Part shown: piece by piece, positions 1-10,774 of the stretch
Layout: each line of letters begins with the position of its first letter
Position numbering within the stretch: the first letter of the stretch is position 1
NCBI RefSeq assembly: GCF_006345805.1
Contig: NW_021827528.1
Location: forward strand, 1-28,339
DNA from: Octopus sinensis
Taxonomy: Eukaryota
Length of the DNA: 28,339 bases
Direction of reading: 5' to 3'
The notes under the pieces: model-generated
Databases searched by the model: none
Seen by the model: only the letters and a program-made list of their open reading frames with translations
Told to the model about the DNA's origin: nothing
Translations under genes and position numbers: made by a program

Positions 1-189
1 ATATATATATGTATGTATGTATTATTTATATATATATATATATATGAAATTTGAGTAGTTGAATGAATTATCTTGTTATGGATAATTCGGTTAACCGATA
101 CCTGGGTAGCAAATTCACATCAGAGAAGACACGTTTGAAGTTACGTGTTTTCGTGTGGAAATTTGTATGTTTTTTTAAAAATATAAATA

Positions 190-395
190 TATTAAAGAAT
201 GGAGTTGAACGACGAATTAACAAAATTCCTTTATTTTCGACATATGTTTCGAAGGCTGCATATTCCTAATTGCGAAGGAATAAGGAGTATATTATGCCGC
301 TTTCTCATCAGGAAAAGCAAGGAACTTATGTCAACATCAAGATGCACAAAAAACTTTTAGATGACTGCTCACACGGAGCCCATAGTGAAAATGAG
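190..395 (-). mobile_element. Penelope-like pseudo-LTR fragment, homologous to 28025-28225
   Basis: aagaatggagttgaacgacgaattaacaaaattcct...ggagcccat aligns by eye to aagaaatggagctgaacgaagatttaacaaaattcct...ggagcccat at the far end of the window; carries an HHR. Confidence 0.6.
234..316 (-). ncRNA. Type I hammerhead ribozyme (Penelope-like/retrozyme type)
   Basis: Minus strand reads uuuuc-CUGAUGA-gaaagcggcaua...uaugcagccuuc-GAAAC-auau-GUC-gaaaa. Stem I is uuuuc/gaaaa, stem II has 12 positions with 2 mismatches, and the minimal stem III has a palindromic AUAU loop. Confidence 0.8.
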
Positions 396-697
396 TGTCG
401 CTTTAAAAAATTCCTTTATAAGGAGTGACGTCAAAATGGTTGGATGTAGAAGAATCTAGAAGGTTCTAAAGGTTCAAGGGTTCAAACGAAGTAGGAGAAG
501 AGAGGCATAAGAATAGGAAGGTGAAAGGGTGCAGTTCAAATGAATGGTAAATTTTCTTTTGTGAGTGAGTGTCTGTGTGTGTGACTGTATATAACGGCAT
601 TAATGTGTGTGTGTGTGTATGTATGTGTGTGCGTGATTGTGTTTGTGGATGGGTGGGTGTCAGACACAAACCGTTCACTTCAACACTGTCTGTGTGT

Positions 698-920
698 GTG
701 TCTTTGCGTCTGTGTTTGTCCCCCCCCCACCCAACATCTTTTGATAACCGGTGTTAGTGTGTTTACGTGCCGGTAACTTAACGGTTCGGCAAAAAAACGA
801 TGGAATAAGTACTAGGCCTACAAATAAGCCCTGAGGTCGAAATGTTCGACGAAAACACTTCAAGGCGATGCTCCAGCATGGCCGCAGTCAAATCACTGAG
901 ACTTGTAAAAGAAGAAAAGA
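698..920 (+). mobile_element. SINE family A, 3' half only
   Basis: tgtttgtcccc...ggttcggcaaaa...aataagtactagg...ctccagcatggccgcagtcaa matches the 3' module of the full copies. Confidence 0.85.
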
Positions 921-991
921 ATATATATGTACACACACACATAAACGCATATGCCACTGGTCATATGATTTTTTTCCTCTGAACATACATA

Positions 992-1156
992 CGCGCAGGA
1001 GTGGCTGTGTGGTAAGTAGCTTGTTTACCAACCACATGGTTCCGGGTTCAGTCCCACTGCGTGGCACCTTGGGCAAGTGTCTTCTACTATAGCCCCGGGC
1101 CGACCAATGCCTTGTCAGTGGATTTGGTAGACGGAAACTGAAAGAAGCCTGTCGTA

Positions 1157-1236
<80 letters not shown>

Positions 1237-1440
1237 TGTGTTTGTCCCCCTAGCATTGCTTGACAACCGATGCTGGTGTGTTTACGTCTCCGTCAGTCAC
1301 TTAGCGGTTCGGCAAAAGAGACCGATAGAATAAGTACTGGGCTTACAAAGAATAAGTCCCGGGGTCGATTTGCTCAACTAAAGGCAGTGCTCCAGCATGG
1401 CCGCAGTCAAATGACTGAAACAAGTAAAAGAGTAAAAGAG
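992..1440 (+). mobile_element. SINE family A, full length (tRNA head, CORE-like domain, internal (TA)n(TG)n, 3' module)
   Basis: A box tggctgtgtgg, B box ggttcagtccc, CORE-like caccttgggcaagtg, tail gtaaaagagtaaaagag. Confidence 0.92.
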
Positions 1441-1787
1441 TATACAATACATGCAAGCGGAATAGTCGATGATGGCCAGGATAAAAAATAATAATAAATG
1501 ACACAGAATTGTTCTTGACGAACGTATATCCGCTTTAATAAAATAGTGTTTGATTTCTATTTAAAAGTTAATTTTTACGGCGTAAGAAATGAAATTGTTC
1601 TCCATTCTGTTTGCAGCTGTCCTCTTTGTAATGAGTGCGTCGTCAGGTACCTTCTTTATGGGCATTGTAGTTTGCATAATTTAATTGTGTTCGTGACAAA
1701 TATCAAATTCATGCGTATTAAACAAAAATACAGTGTAGAGTGGAAATCGAAGCAATTTTATTTCATTTGAAAGACGGGTGCCATTGC

Positions 1788-1790
1788 GTG

Positions 1791-1853
<63 letters not shown>

Positions 1854-1857
1854 ACAC
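1788..1857. repeat. (CA)n microsatellite
   Basis: Direct inspection. Confidence 0.95.
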
Positions 1858-1918
1858 CTACAGGCTGACTGAAAAGCAACTCCCTATTTTGAAATACTTA
1901 TAAATTATTTAGTAATAT

Positions 1919-2300
1919 AGGTGCAGGAGTGACTGTGTGGTAAGTAGTTTGCTTACCAACCACATGGTTCCGGGTTCATTCCCACTGCGTGGCACTTTGG
2001 GCAAGTGTCTTCTACTATAGCCTCGGGCTGACCAAAGCCTTTTGAGTGGATTTGGTAGACGGAAACTGAAAGAAGCCCGTCGTATATATGTATGTGTGTG
2101 TGTTTGTGTAACATCGCTTGACAACCAATGCTGGTGTGTTTACGTCCTCGTCACTTAGCGGTTCGGCAAAAGAGATCGATAGAATAAGTACGAGGCTCAC
2201 AAAGAATGAGTCCTGGGGTCGATTTGCTCGACTAAAGGCTGTGCTCCAGCATGGCCGCAGTCAAATGACTGAAACAAGTAAAAGAGTAAAGAGTAAAGAG
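1919..2300 (+). mobile_element. SINE family A, full length
   Basis: Same modules as 992-1440, with a short internal microsatellite. Confidence 0.92.
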
Positions 2301-2369
2301 AGTAACTGTAATTCTTTTCTCAAATATTTTGTGTTTTTTTGAAGTTTGTGAATGTAATCTGTAATCGTA

Positions 2370-2789
2370 CTGCTTTCATCGTTCGTTAATGGATGAATGC
2401 CCGCTTTCCCAGGAGATGGATGGATCGTCGTGGTCCGCATGAGTGGCCTGCCAGCTGTCCCGACTTGACACCCTGTGATTTCTTTCGTCGGGGTTGGTTA
2501 AATGAACACGTCTATTGTATTAAACCAAAGGCTTTGAGAGAACTTGAAGGGCAAATACTAGAAGTTGACCTTTTCACTCTCACAAGAGTTTCTGGTGAAA
2601 TCAGTTGAGGCAATTCCTGGGCGAATCCAAAAGCTAGTGGCGACATCTGGAGCCCATGTCGAATTTTAAATAAAACCTCATTCTGAAAGCTTTCCTCTCA
2701 TATTCATTTTTTTTTTTGTAAAAATTACAATTGATAAATAATTTATAAGTACTTTAAAATAGGGCGTTACTTTTCAATCACCACGTGTA
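2370..2789 (+). mobile_element. Tc1/mariner-superfamily transposon 3' fragment (transposase C-terminus plus right TIR)
   Basis: Translates to VR*WMNARFPRRWMDRRGPHEWPASCPDLTPCDFFRRGWLNEHVYCIKPKALRELEGQI, matching the WPxRSPDLTPxDFFLWGYLKxxVY motif. Ends in cgttacttttcaatcaccacgtg-TA. Confidence 0.85.
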
Positions 2790-2844
2790 TACATGATAGT
2801 ATATATATATATATGTGTGTATGTGTGTGTGTGTGTGTGTGTGT

Positions 2845-2880
<36 letters not shown>

Positions 2881-2884
2881 TCGG

Positions 2885-3110
2885 GTGTGTGTCTTTGTGT
2901 CTGTGTTTGTCTCCCACCACCGCTTGACAACTGGTGTTGATGTGGTTACGTTCCCGTAACTTAGTAGTTTGGCAAAAAAAAATAATAACCGACAGAATAA
3001 GTACCAGGCTCAAAAAAGGAAGTGCCGACATCGATTTGTTCGACTAAAATTCTTCAAAGCGGTGCCCCAGCATGGCCGCAATCTAACAACTGAAGTAAGT
3101 AAAAGATAAA
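2885..3110 (+). mobile_element. SINE family A, 3' half (diverged)
   Basis: gcttgacaactggtgttg...aataagtaccagg...ccccagcatggccgca...gtaaaagataaaa, following a (TG)n tract. Confidence 0.85.
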
Positions 3111-3210
3111 AAGTATAATAATGAACCAACAGAATCTATGTTTCGTGTTTGCAGTTTTGGTAGTTTGGTCTTTGTACTGCAAAATAAGATTGTTTTTGCA
3201 AACTTCGTAC

Positions 3211-3415
3211 CACACAATCACGACGGGCTTGCACACAATCACGACGGGCTTGCACACAATTTCCGTCTCTGAAATTCACTCACAAAGCATCAAAGCATTA
3301 GTCGGTTCAGGCCTCTGGGAGAAGACACAAGTGCAAACTGTCACAAATGAACTCGTAATCATGAAACAACGTGGTTGCAAAGCGAAATTCTTAACCACAA
3401 AGCCATGCACTGGCC
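3211..3415 (-). mobile_element. SINE family A-like 5' half (old, diverged) with a 21-bp tandem duplication
   Basis: Reverse complement gives ggctttgtggttaagaa...gtgtcttct...tttgtgagtgaattt...gacggaaatt...aagcccgtcg. cacacaatcacgacgggcttg occurs twice (3211-3252). Confidence 0.7.
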
Positions 3416-3420
3416 TATAG

Positions 3421-3491
3421 TATGTATGTATGTATGTATGTATGTATGTATGTATGTATGTATGATGTATGTATGTATGTATGTATGTATG
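3421..3491. repeat. (TATG)n microsatellite
   Basis: Direct inspection. Confidence 0.95.
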
Positions 3492-3747
3492 AGTATTTTC
3501 CTCTGTGTGTGCGTGTGTTGTGTGTGTTTTGAAGTAGTTTTATTTTTAAAGCAGCTCTATGAATAACTGAATATTTACAGGCGGTATGACTCTCTGTTGA
3601 CAGAAGAGTCAAATCTATTATGAAGATCAAGTTGACTGGGACTACCAGTTGCCCATATCGGCTGGTTCAACCGGTTGGACAAGCTTGCAGGCCATGGGAA
3701 CAAAGTGCAAGGCGAAACTGCTACTTTCAATCAGCATATTGTTTATA

Positions 3748-3758
3748 ACGCACGCACG

Positions 3759-3829
<71 letters not shown>

Positions 3830-3850
3830 ACACACACAACACACACACAC

Positions 3851-3898
<48 letters not shown>

Positions 3899-3913
3899 AC
3901 ACACACACACACA
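3748..3913. repeat. Long (CA)n microsatellite
   Basis: Direct inspection. Confidence 0.95.
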
Positions 3914-4029
3914 AAAGTGTTGACCGAAAGTAATGCGAAAGAGGACATAACCAGTTCAAATTGCTCATATCGGTAGAGTAGCCGTCTCCTAAAGTAATTT
4001 TTCGTCCTGTTCTTCACTACAAAGAATTA

Positions 4030-4802
4030 ATGAGTTCCAAGCAGGAGAAACGAGCCGTCATTGAGTCCTTTCCGAAAGAGAAGTGCGGGCTGTCCGTCAC
4101 CAACAGAAAGCTACAGTTTCTGTACGGAGATGATGCTATTGACAAGAACTGTGTACCCAGGGGGACGAAGAAGATCGAAGCAGTGGAACTGGCATTGGAG
4201 ACATGCCACGCAGTGAAATACCAATTTCTTTATTACCCACAAGGAGCTAAAAACATAGAGGACAAAAAAGGACAAACAAACGGATTAAGTCGATTATATC
4301 GACTCCAGTGCGCAACTGGTACTTAATCTATCGACCCCGAAAGTATGAAAGGCAAAGTCAACCTCGGCGGAATTTGAACTCAGAACGTAGCGGCAGACGA
4401 AATACCTATTTCTTTACTACCCACAAAGGGCTAAACACAGAGACGACACACAAACGGATTAAGTCGATGATACCGACTCTAGTGCGCAACAGGTACTTAA
4501 TTTATCGACCTCGAAAGGATGAAAGGCAAAGTCGACCTCAGCGGAATTTGAACTCAGAACGTAACGGCATACGAAATACGGCTACGCATTTTGCCCGGCG
4601 TGCTAACGGTTCTGCCAGCTCGCCGCCACACAGTGAAATACCATCAACTGTGACCACTTACACCGATCGCCAGCAAGTGGAGAAAATGGTGTGGACAGAA
4701 AAGTCACAGTTCGCGACTGGGATGCTCATCTGGACTGTGGTTACATAGGATCAAAGAAAATGGTGGGAGACTTTGCGGATCGGAAAGTGTATGGTCAGTG
4801 AG
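4030..4802 (+). pseudogene. Decayed mariner transposase N-terminus (HTH region), interrupted by a SINE
   Basis: RAVIESFPKE...RKLQFLYGDDAIDK...DMPRS, then after the SINE EIPSTVTT...VEKMV/DRKVTVRD...DRKVYGQ*V. This resembles the mariner RAVIxF...YGDDA...PRSGRP...DRRxTxR...RKVxARWVP motifs, with frameshifts and a stop. Confidence 0.75.
4224..4627 (-). mobile_element. SINE family B dimer with 13-bp target-site duplication
   Basis: Head ggcggcgagctggcagaaccgttagc, B box gagttcaaattcc, central gcctttcatcctttcg(g/a)ggtcgata domain. Full unit 4407-4627 plus headless unit 4224-4406. cagtgaaatacca at 4211-4223 and 4631-4643. Confidence 0.92.
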
Positions 4803-4906
4803 TATTTTGGTAGTTAACATTCCATTCGACTCTTTATCCGACCCAAATATTCAACTTGTTTTACGTTCAAAGTAGTCAGATGCAGCCTCTCGTTCCTACC
4901 CTACAA

Positions 4907-5142
4907 TAGGCGCATGAGTGGCTGTATGGATAGGCGCGGGAATGGCTGTGTGGTGAGAAGCTTGCTTCCCAGCAACATGGTGCCGGGTTCAATCCCACTG
5001 CGTGGCACCTCATCTGGACTGTGGTCACATTGCATCAAAGAAAATGATGGGAGACTTTGCGGATCGGAAAGTATATGTCTCGGACCGACCAAAGCCTTGT
5101 GAGTGGATTTGGTAAACGGAAACCGAAAGGAACCTGTCGTGT

Positions 5143-5193
<51 letters not shown>

Positions 5194-5410
5194 CATGTAT
5201 GCATGCATGTGCGTCTGTGTTTGTCCAGCATTGCTTGACAACCGATATTGACGTGTTTACGTCCCCGTAACTTAGCGGTTCGGCAAAAAAGATCGATAGA
5301 ATAAGTACTAGCCTTACAAAGAATAAGTTCTGGGGTCGATTTGTTCGACTAAAAACAGTGCTCCAGCATGGCCGCAGTCAAGTGACTGAAACAAGTAAAC
5401 AAAAAAAAAA
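4907..5410 (+). mobile_element. SINE family A, full length, with duplicated head and CORE segment replaced by a 69-bp local copy
   Basis: Heads at 4907 and 4931; 5009-5077 copies 4725-4793; the rest matches family A. Confidence 0.9.
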
Positions 5411-5481
5411 GATAGAAATCACATCATCGAAATCTCGAAGCTACGAGATCATGCGTGATTAATTCAAAATAATGTTATTAA

Positions 5482-5858
5482 AGGCGCAGGCCTGGCTGTG
5501 TGGTGAGAAGCTTGCTTCCCAACTACATGGTTCAGGGTTCAGTCCCACGGTGAGACACCTTGGGCAAATGCCTTCTATTATAACTTCGGGCCGACTAAAG
5601 ACGGAAACTGAAAGAAGCCCGTCGTTTGTGTGTGTGTGTGTGTGTCTTTGCGTTTATGTTTGTCCCCCATCACCGCTTGATAACCGGTGTTGGTTTGTTC
5701 ACGCCCCCGTAACTTAGCTGTTCGGCAAAAGACTCCGGTAGAATAAGTATCAGGCTTTAAAAAATCAGCGCTGGGTTCGATTTGTTCGACTCAACCCTTC
5801 AAGGCGGTTCTCCAGCATGACCGCAGTCAACTGACTGAAACAAACAAAGAAATGAAAG
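5482..5858 (+). mobile_element. SINE family A, variant subfamily
   Basis: All modules present; diagnostic aaaaatcagcgctgg-ttcgatttgttcgact shared with 11236-11433. Confidence 0.88.
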
Positions 5859-6485
5859 ACTTTTTGAAAATGTAGATTTGATAATGTCATATCTGAATAC
5901 TAATGAATCAAATACCAAAAGGGTGGAAGTCTGCTCTGACCTGCTGGAAACGTTTGAAGCCAATGAAGATATGTTTTTATCGAATCTGATAACAGTTGAA
6001 GCGAAAACTCAAACAATGACTTTTATAACAGCTCTACTCTAATGCCTAAAAATAAATTAAGGATCAGCCATGAATACAGATAGTCATGGTGATTGTAATG
6101 GCGCATCATTCTCGTTTTTGTTTTCTGAAACATATGCTATACTGTTGGGGTGTGCGGGTATCTTGAAAATACTTCACGGAGTGGCGACCGTGCCCAGCAT
6201 AGCAACAGGTTGCCCGTTGGCAAGGCATAGCACCCGTTCAGCCAGCCTGCCAGCGATACGGCAAAGTCATATGGCTACAGCATGATGGATTGTGAAGAGG
6301 TAAAGGAGGAGCTCAACTGAGCCAACGGTGCTTCTTACATTGATGCTGAGCAAAGAAATACTAGAAGATCAACAGTCAAGATCACCAAGCTCTGTCAAGG
6401 AAGTAACTGCAACACATCCATAGGGGTGGCATCTACGGTTGCTTATTCGGTTAATAAAAAATTTACTATGACTTAAGCTCCCAAT

Positions 6486-6765
6486 GGAGAAGTTCTTAAG
6501 CAGATCAGGCCGAAAATGTCGCTAGAAGCGAGGATCACCAAGATCCATATTTCGGTCATATTATGCGGAGAAAATCCCCGGAAAAGGACATCATGCTTGG
6601 AATAGTCAGTGGCAAGAGAGGAAGAAGCCGACCAAGAACCATCAAGAGGGATACCGGAATGGACATAGCCAATCTGAAAGAAGTGGCCCAGGATAGAACT
6701 GACCGGAGGACACAGATCCAATGAGTGACCGAGAGTCGACTTCGACTGAGCGGATAGATAGATAG
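6486..6765 (+). mobile_element. 5'-truncated RTE (BovB-like) LINE 3' end with 11-bp TSD
   Basis: EVLKQIRPKMSLEARITK/YFGHIMRRKSPEKDIMLGIVSGKRGRSRPRT...DRTDRR...VTESRLRLSG* matches the RTE/BovB C-terminus (YFGHLMRR..SLEKTLMLGKIEG...SRTRLSD). (GATA)n tail; aagctcccaat at 6475-6485 and 6766-6776. Confidence 0.92.
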
Positions 6766-6891
6766 AAGCTCCCAATTCAAATTCATAACAACGGAATTGG
6801 ATGGCGGCAGAGCGTTATGGAAATCCGTGAAAACATCGGAGGGAAAAACTGTGAACAGCGAGAAGAGAATTCAGACGCAAAACCTTTAAAG

Positions 6892-7621
6892 TAACGTTTC
6901 CCAACTTAATTTCCCCCAAGCCCCACTATAATTTTCCAGAAAAATATATGCCCCACCAGTGGTTGGAAAAAACCCCAACTTTATTTTCAATATTTTATTA
7001 CAATTATTTAATACAAAAGAATCTACCTCTTTTATTCGGTACTCTCTCTTTACTCTCTTACTCTTTTACTTGTTTCAGTCATTTGACTATGGCCATGCTG
7101 GAGCACCGCCTTTAGTCGAGCAAATCGACCCCAGGACTTATTCTTTGTAAGCTTAGTACTTATTCTATCGGTCTCTTTTGCCGAATCGCTAAGTTACGGG
7201 GACGTAAACACATCAGCATCAGTTGTCAAGCGATGTTGGGGGACAAACACACACACAAACATATACACACTCACATATATACATATATAATAAGGGCTTC
7301 TTTCAGTTTCCGTCTACCAAATCCACTCACAAGGCATTGGTCGGCCTGAAGCTATAGTAGAAGACACTTGCCCAAGGTGCCACGCAGTGGGACTGAACCC
7401 GGAACCATGTGGTTGGTAAGCAAGCTACTTACCACACAGCCACTCCTACACCTACTAAGTACAAAAAAAAAAGAATAAATTATTGATTGAGAAAAAAAAA
7501 AAGATTTTCACAATCCCATGTCCTACTAAAATACAAAGAAAACCTATTTTGGATCCCATACCCCACCACAATTTTCCCAGACCTCTCCAGTTGGGCGTAT
7601 ACCCAACGTTGGGAATCACTA
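6892..7621. mobile_element. Possible degenerate hAT-like MITE hosting a family A SINE
   Basis: taacgtttcccaac versus reverse complement of gttgggaatcacta (11/14 match); TSD not convincing. Confidence 0.3.
7043..7453 (-). mobile_element. SINE family A, full length
   Basis: Reverse complement of all modules. Confidence 0.92.
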
Positions 7622-7967
7622 GTTTAGATGCAGAACAAGAATTTGAAAACATTACATATGCATCACATCACTGCGTGACCAGAAACATCTTTGTACCAGT
7701 CAGACAATCGGCAGACTAGGCTGGTTATGATCTCCCATACACCGAGCAGCCGCGATCAGGCGGGTCCCTACAACTTCTACACCTGTTTTGGTCCATTTCG
7801 GTCCAATGAAATACAGTCTTCGTAGACACTGGTTTGATGACAGATTTGAGGTGCAGAACACCTGTTTTTTTTTTCAGAGAAGATTCCAAAGTTTTGTTCA
7901 GCGATGTTAATTTCTCTGTGTGTGTTAGAAACAGATGTAATGAACTGACATTTATCCATCGTCTGTT

Positions 7968-8125
7968 ATAGATAGATAGATCGATAGATAGATAAATACA
8001 TACATACATACATACATACATACATACATACATACATGCATACATACATACATACATACATACATACATACATACATACATACATACATACATACATACA
8101 TACATACATACATACGTACGTACAT
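7968..8125. repeat. (GATA)n(TACA)n microsatellite
   Basis: Direct inspection. Confidence 0.95.
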
Positions 8126-8141
8126 ATACATCTATAAGACT

Positions 8142-8289
8142 ATCCTGGCAAGAAGTTTGTAGGGGAAGAGAGCAAAAGTCCGTCAAAGACGTTTGTGGAA
8201 CGAAAACATCAAAGAATGGATTAGAAACAAGAGTTTAGTTGCAACACGATAAAATGGAAACTGGTGAGTCTTCGCAAGTCGACCACAAG
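8142..8289 (+). mobile_element. 148-bp RTE-type LINE 3' fragment with 16-bp TSD
   Basis: (KT)ILARSL*GKRAKVRQRRLWNENIKEW resembles RTE KTILQGTVEGKRRRGRQRKRWEDNIKEW. atacatctataagact at 8126-8141 and 8290-8305. Confidence 0.8.
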
Positions 8290-8411
8290 ATACATCTATA
8301 AGACTTATTGAAAATAAGAGAGACGAATTAGAAGGTGTTTGCATTGCATCTAATTTTATATGTTCTGGGTAGGAGAGCGGTGTTGTGTTGGGTACCACTT
8401 TAGCCTGCAGT

Positions 8412-8730
8412 CTAAATCTAACCCTAACCTTAATCTTCAACCTTAACTCTTACCCTAAATTCTAACCCTAACTCTCACCCCAAGCCCTAAACCCTAACCT
8501 TAATTCTCAACTCTAAACCCTAACACTGACGCTAAATTCTAACCTTAATTCTCAACTATAAACCCTAACACTGACCCTAAACCCTAACCCTATCCCTAAA
8601 CCCTCAGTCCTGACCCCAAACCTTAACCATAACTCTAATCCTAAACCCTAGCCCTCAACTCTAACCTTAAACCTTAACCATAAAATTAACTCTTAACCTT
8701 AATCTTAAACTCTAAATCCAATCTTAATTC
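8412..8730. repeat. Degenerate (CCCTAA)n-like interstitial telomere-type tract
   Basis: ctaacc/cctaaa/cttaac variants throughout; a 37-bp block repeats at 8494-8530 and 8539-8575. Confidence 0.85.
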
Positions 8731-9103
8731 AGATCAGGTCATGTCACAACTTACTCTACGGATATTGCGATAGACTGCACGCTTAAGTAGCACTTTGTGT
8801 AGTTTTATGAGCTACATTAATATTTCTTTCTTCTGTGAAAAAATTTATAGCAACCGGAGATGATAGTGTAGAATATATGTTGCATGATTTGTATAACAGT
8901 ACTGGGTGGTGGTTATATATTTTATGTATTGTGTGGTTTGTGTTATGATATCAGATGACTGTGCAAAACTGTGATTTCTAAAATATTCCAGTGTTATTCA
9001 CTCTTGAATCTTTATCACAAAGATTTAGTCTCCCGCGACTTAATTCCTCTACCGTGGTTTCATAATATATTCTCTATAGTGTATATTTTCTTTTAATATC
9101 ATG

Positions 9104-9429
9104 GGCGCAGGCGTGTCTGAGTAGTAAGAAGCTAGCTTCCGGTTCAGTTCCACTGCATGACACCTTAGGCAAGTGTCTTTTACTATAGCCCCGGCTGACC
9201 AAATCCTTGTGAGTGGATTAGGTAGTGGGAAACTGTGTGTATGTCTGTGTATGGTCGTGTTCATCACCCACAACTGCTTGACAATCAGCGTTAGTTTGTT
9301 TACCTCGCCGTAACTTAGCAGTTCGGCAAACAGAAACCGATGGAATAAGTACTAGACTATAAAAATAAGTACTTGGATGCAGTGCCCTAGCATGACCGCA
9401 GTCCAATGCCTGAAACAAGTGAAAGATAA
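9104..9429 (+). mobile_element. SINE family A, diverged with internal deletions
   Basis: Head, CORE-like caccttaggcaagtg and 3' module are recognisable. Confidence 0.82.
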
Positions 9430-9489
9430 CGGGCTCAGAACATCTGAGGATCAGATTTTTAGAAACAATAGTTTTCCAATCGGAAAACT

Positions 9490-9885
9490 AGGCGTATAGG
9501 CGTAGGAGTGGTGGTGTGGTAAGTAGCTTGCTTACCAACCACATGGTTCCGGGTTCAGTCCCACTTTGTGGCACCTTGGGCAAGTATCTTCTACTATAGC
9601 CTCGGGCCGACTAAAGCCTTTTGAATGGATTTGGTAAACGGAAACTGAAAGAAGCCCGTCGTATATATATATATGTATGTGTTTGTGTGTCTGTGTTTGT
9701 CCCCCCAATATCACTTGACAACCGATGCTGGTGTGTTTACGTCCCCGTAACTTAGCGGTTAGGCAAAAGAGAGCGATAGAATAAGTACTAGGCTTACAAA
9801 GAATAAGTCCTGGAATCGATTTGCTCGACTAAAGGTGGTGCTCCATCGTGGCCCCAGTCAAATGACTGAAGCAAATAAAAGAGTA
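9490..9885 (+). mobile_element. SINE family A, full length
   Basis: All modules present; 5' stutter ggcgtataggcgtagg. Confidence 0.92.
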
Positions 9886-10082
9886 ATCGTGAACGTTTAC
9901 CACAAATAAACAACTGATCTTTGTACATCCACTCAAACATACGTGTTTAACATTCTCGAAAATTACTGAACAGGTTCCTCTATTCATCTAGGTTCAATTT
10001 CTTACACCCCATCCCATTAATGAAAAGCAACCGAAATTACCAAATCAACATAGAAATAGGAATTCCGTGTTATGGTCTACAG

Positions 10083-10629
10083 CGGGAGTTCTCAACAATT
10101 TTTTTTTATCTATGGACCCCTCTGATTACTATTTTATTCTGGTGGATCCCCGTAGCCATTTAATGTTTAAAAACTAGCTTCATAGAAACTTCTTTCAAAA
10201 TTCCTATTTTCTGTAGGTTGAGATACATAAAATGTTAGAGAAAGAAACCGAGCTGTTTGTCGCAATAAATACCAATACATAGATCTGAAACAGGAGTTCT
10301 CAACCATTTCTTATCTATGGACCCCATGGTTACTATCTTATTCTGGAGAACCCCATAGCCATTCGATGTTTTAAAACTAGTTTTATAGAAACTTCTTTCA
10401 AAATTCCTATTTGTTTTTCACCCATTAACTTGTGTAGGTTGAAATACATAAAATGCTAGAGAAAGAAACCTAAGTGTTTCTTGCATGCATCTGAAACAAA
10501 ATTTTTTTCAGGGTCCCTTAAAACACCATTGTGGATTCCCAATTTACTATTTTGTTACGTTGACCTCCCCACCACTTCCATCTTATATGAACCCTCAACG
10601 GTCTTATGGACCCTCGTTGAGAACCACTG
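10083..10629. mobile_element. hAT (Charlie-like) MITE with internal ~207-bp tandem duplication
   Basis: 14-bp TIRs cgggagttctcaac / gttgagaaccactg. 8-bp TSD gtctacag (10075-10082) versus gtgtacag (10630-10637). Units 10085-10291 and 10292-10498. Confidence 0.8.
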
Positions 10630-10774
10630 GTGTACAGTTCTACTGAAGTCGAAAATCCTTAAGCAAATTGGCTTATTATTGTCATCATTCCATGTGATCG
10701 AAAGAATCTTAAACGCAAGTGGTTTGTATTGAAGGAGTGCACGGATTTCATCAAAACAGTCTCCAATATCAGAA

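Noticed and set aside
6175-6290. GC-rich segment as a possible HDV-like ribozyme of an RTE 5' UTR
   Set aside because: ggcgacc has no downstream complement for P1, and the RTE TSD places the element start at 6486.
7725-7965. Open frames in unique sequence (SPIHRAAAIRR..., MDKCQF...)
   Set aside because: No recognisable motif or convincing splice sites.
3211-10498. Tandem or interspersed repeats as a CRISPR-like array
   Set aside because: No regularly spaced repeat-spacer pattern, and the context is eukaryotic transposon DNA.
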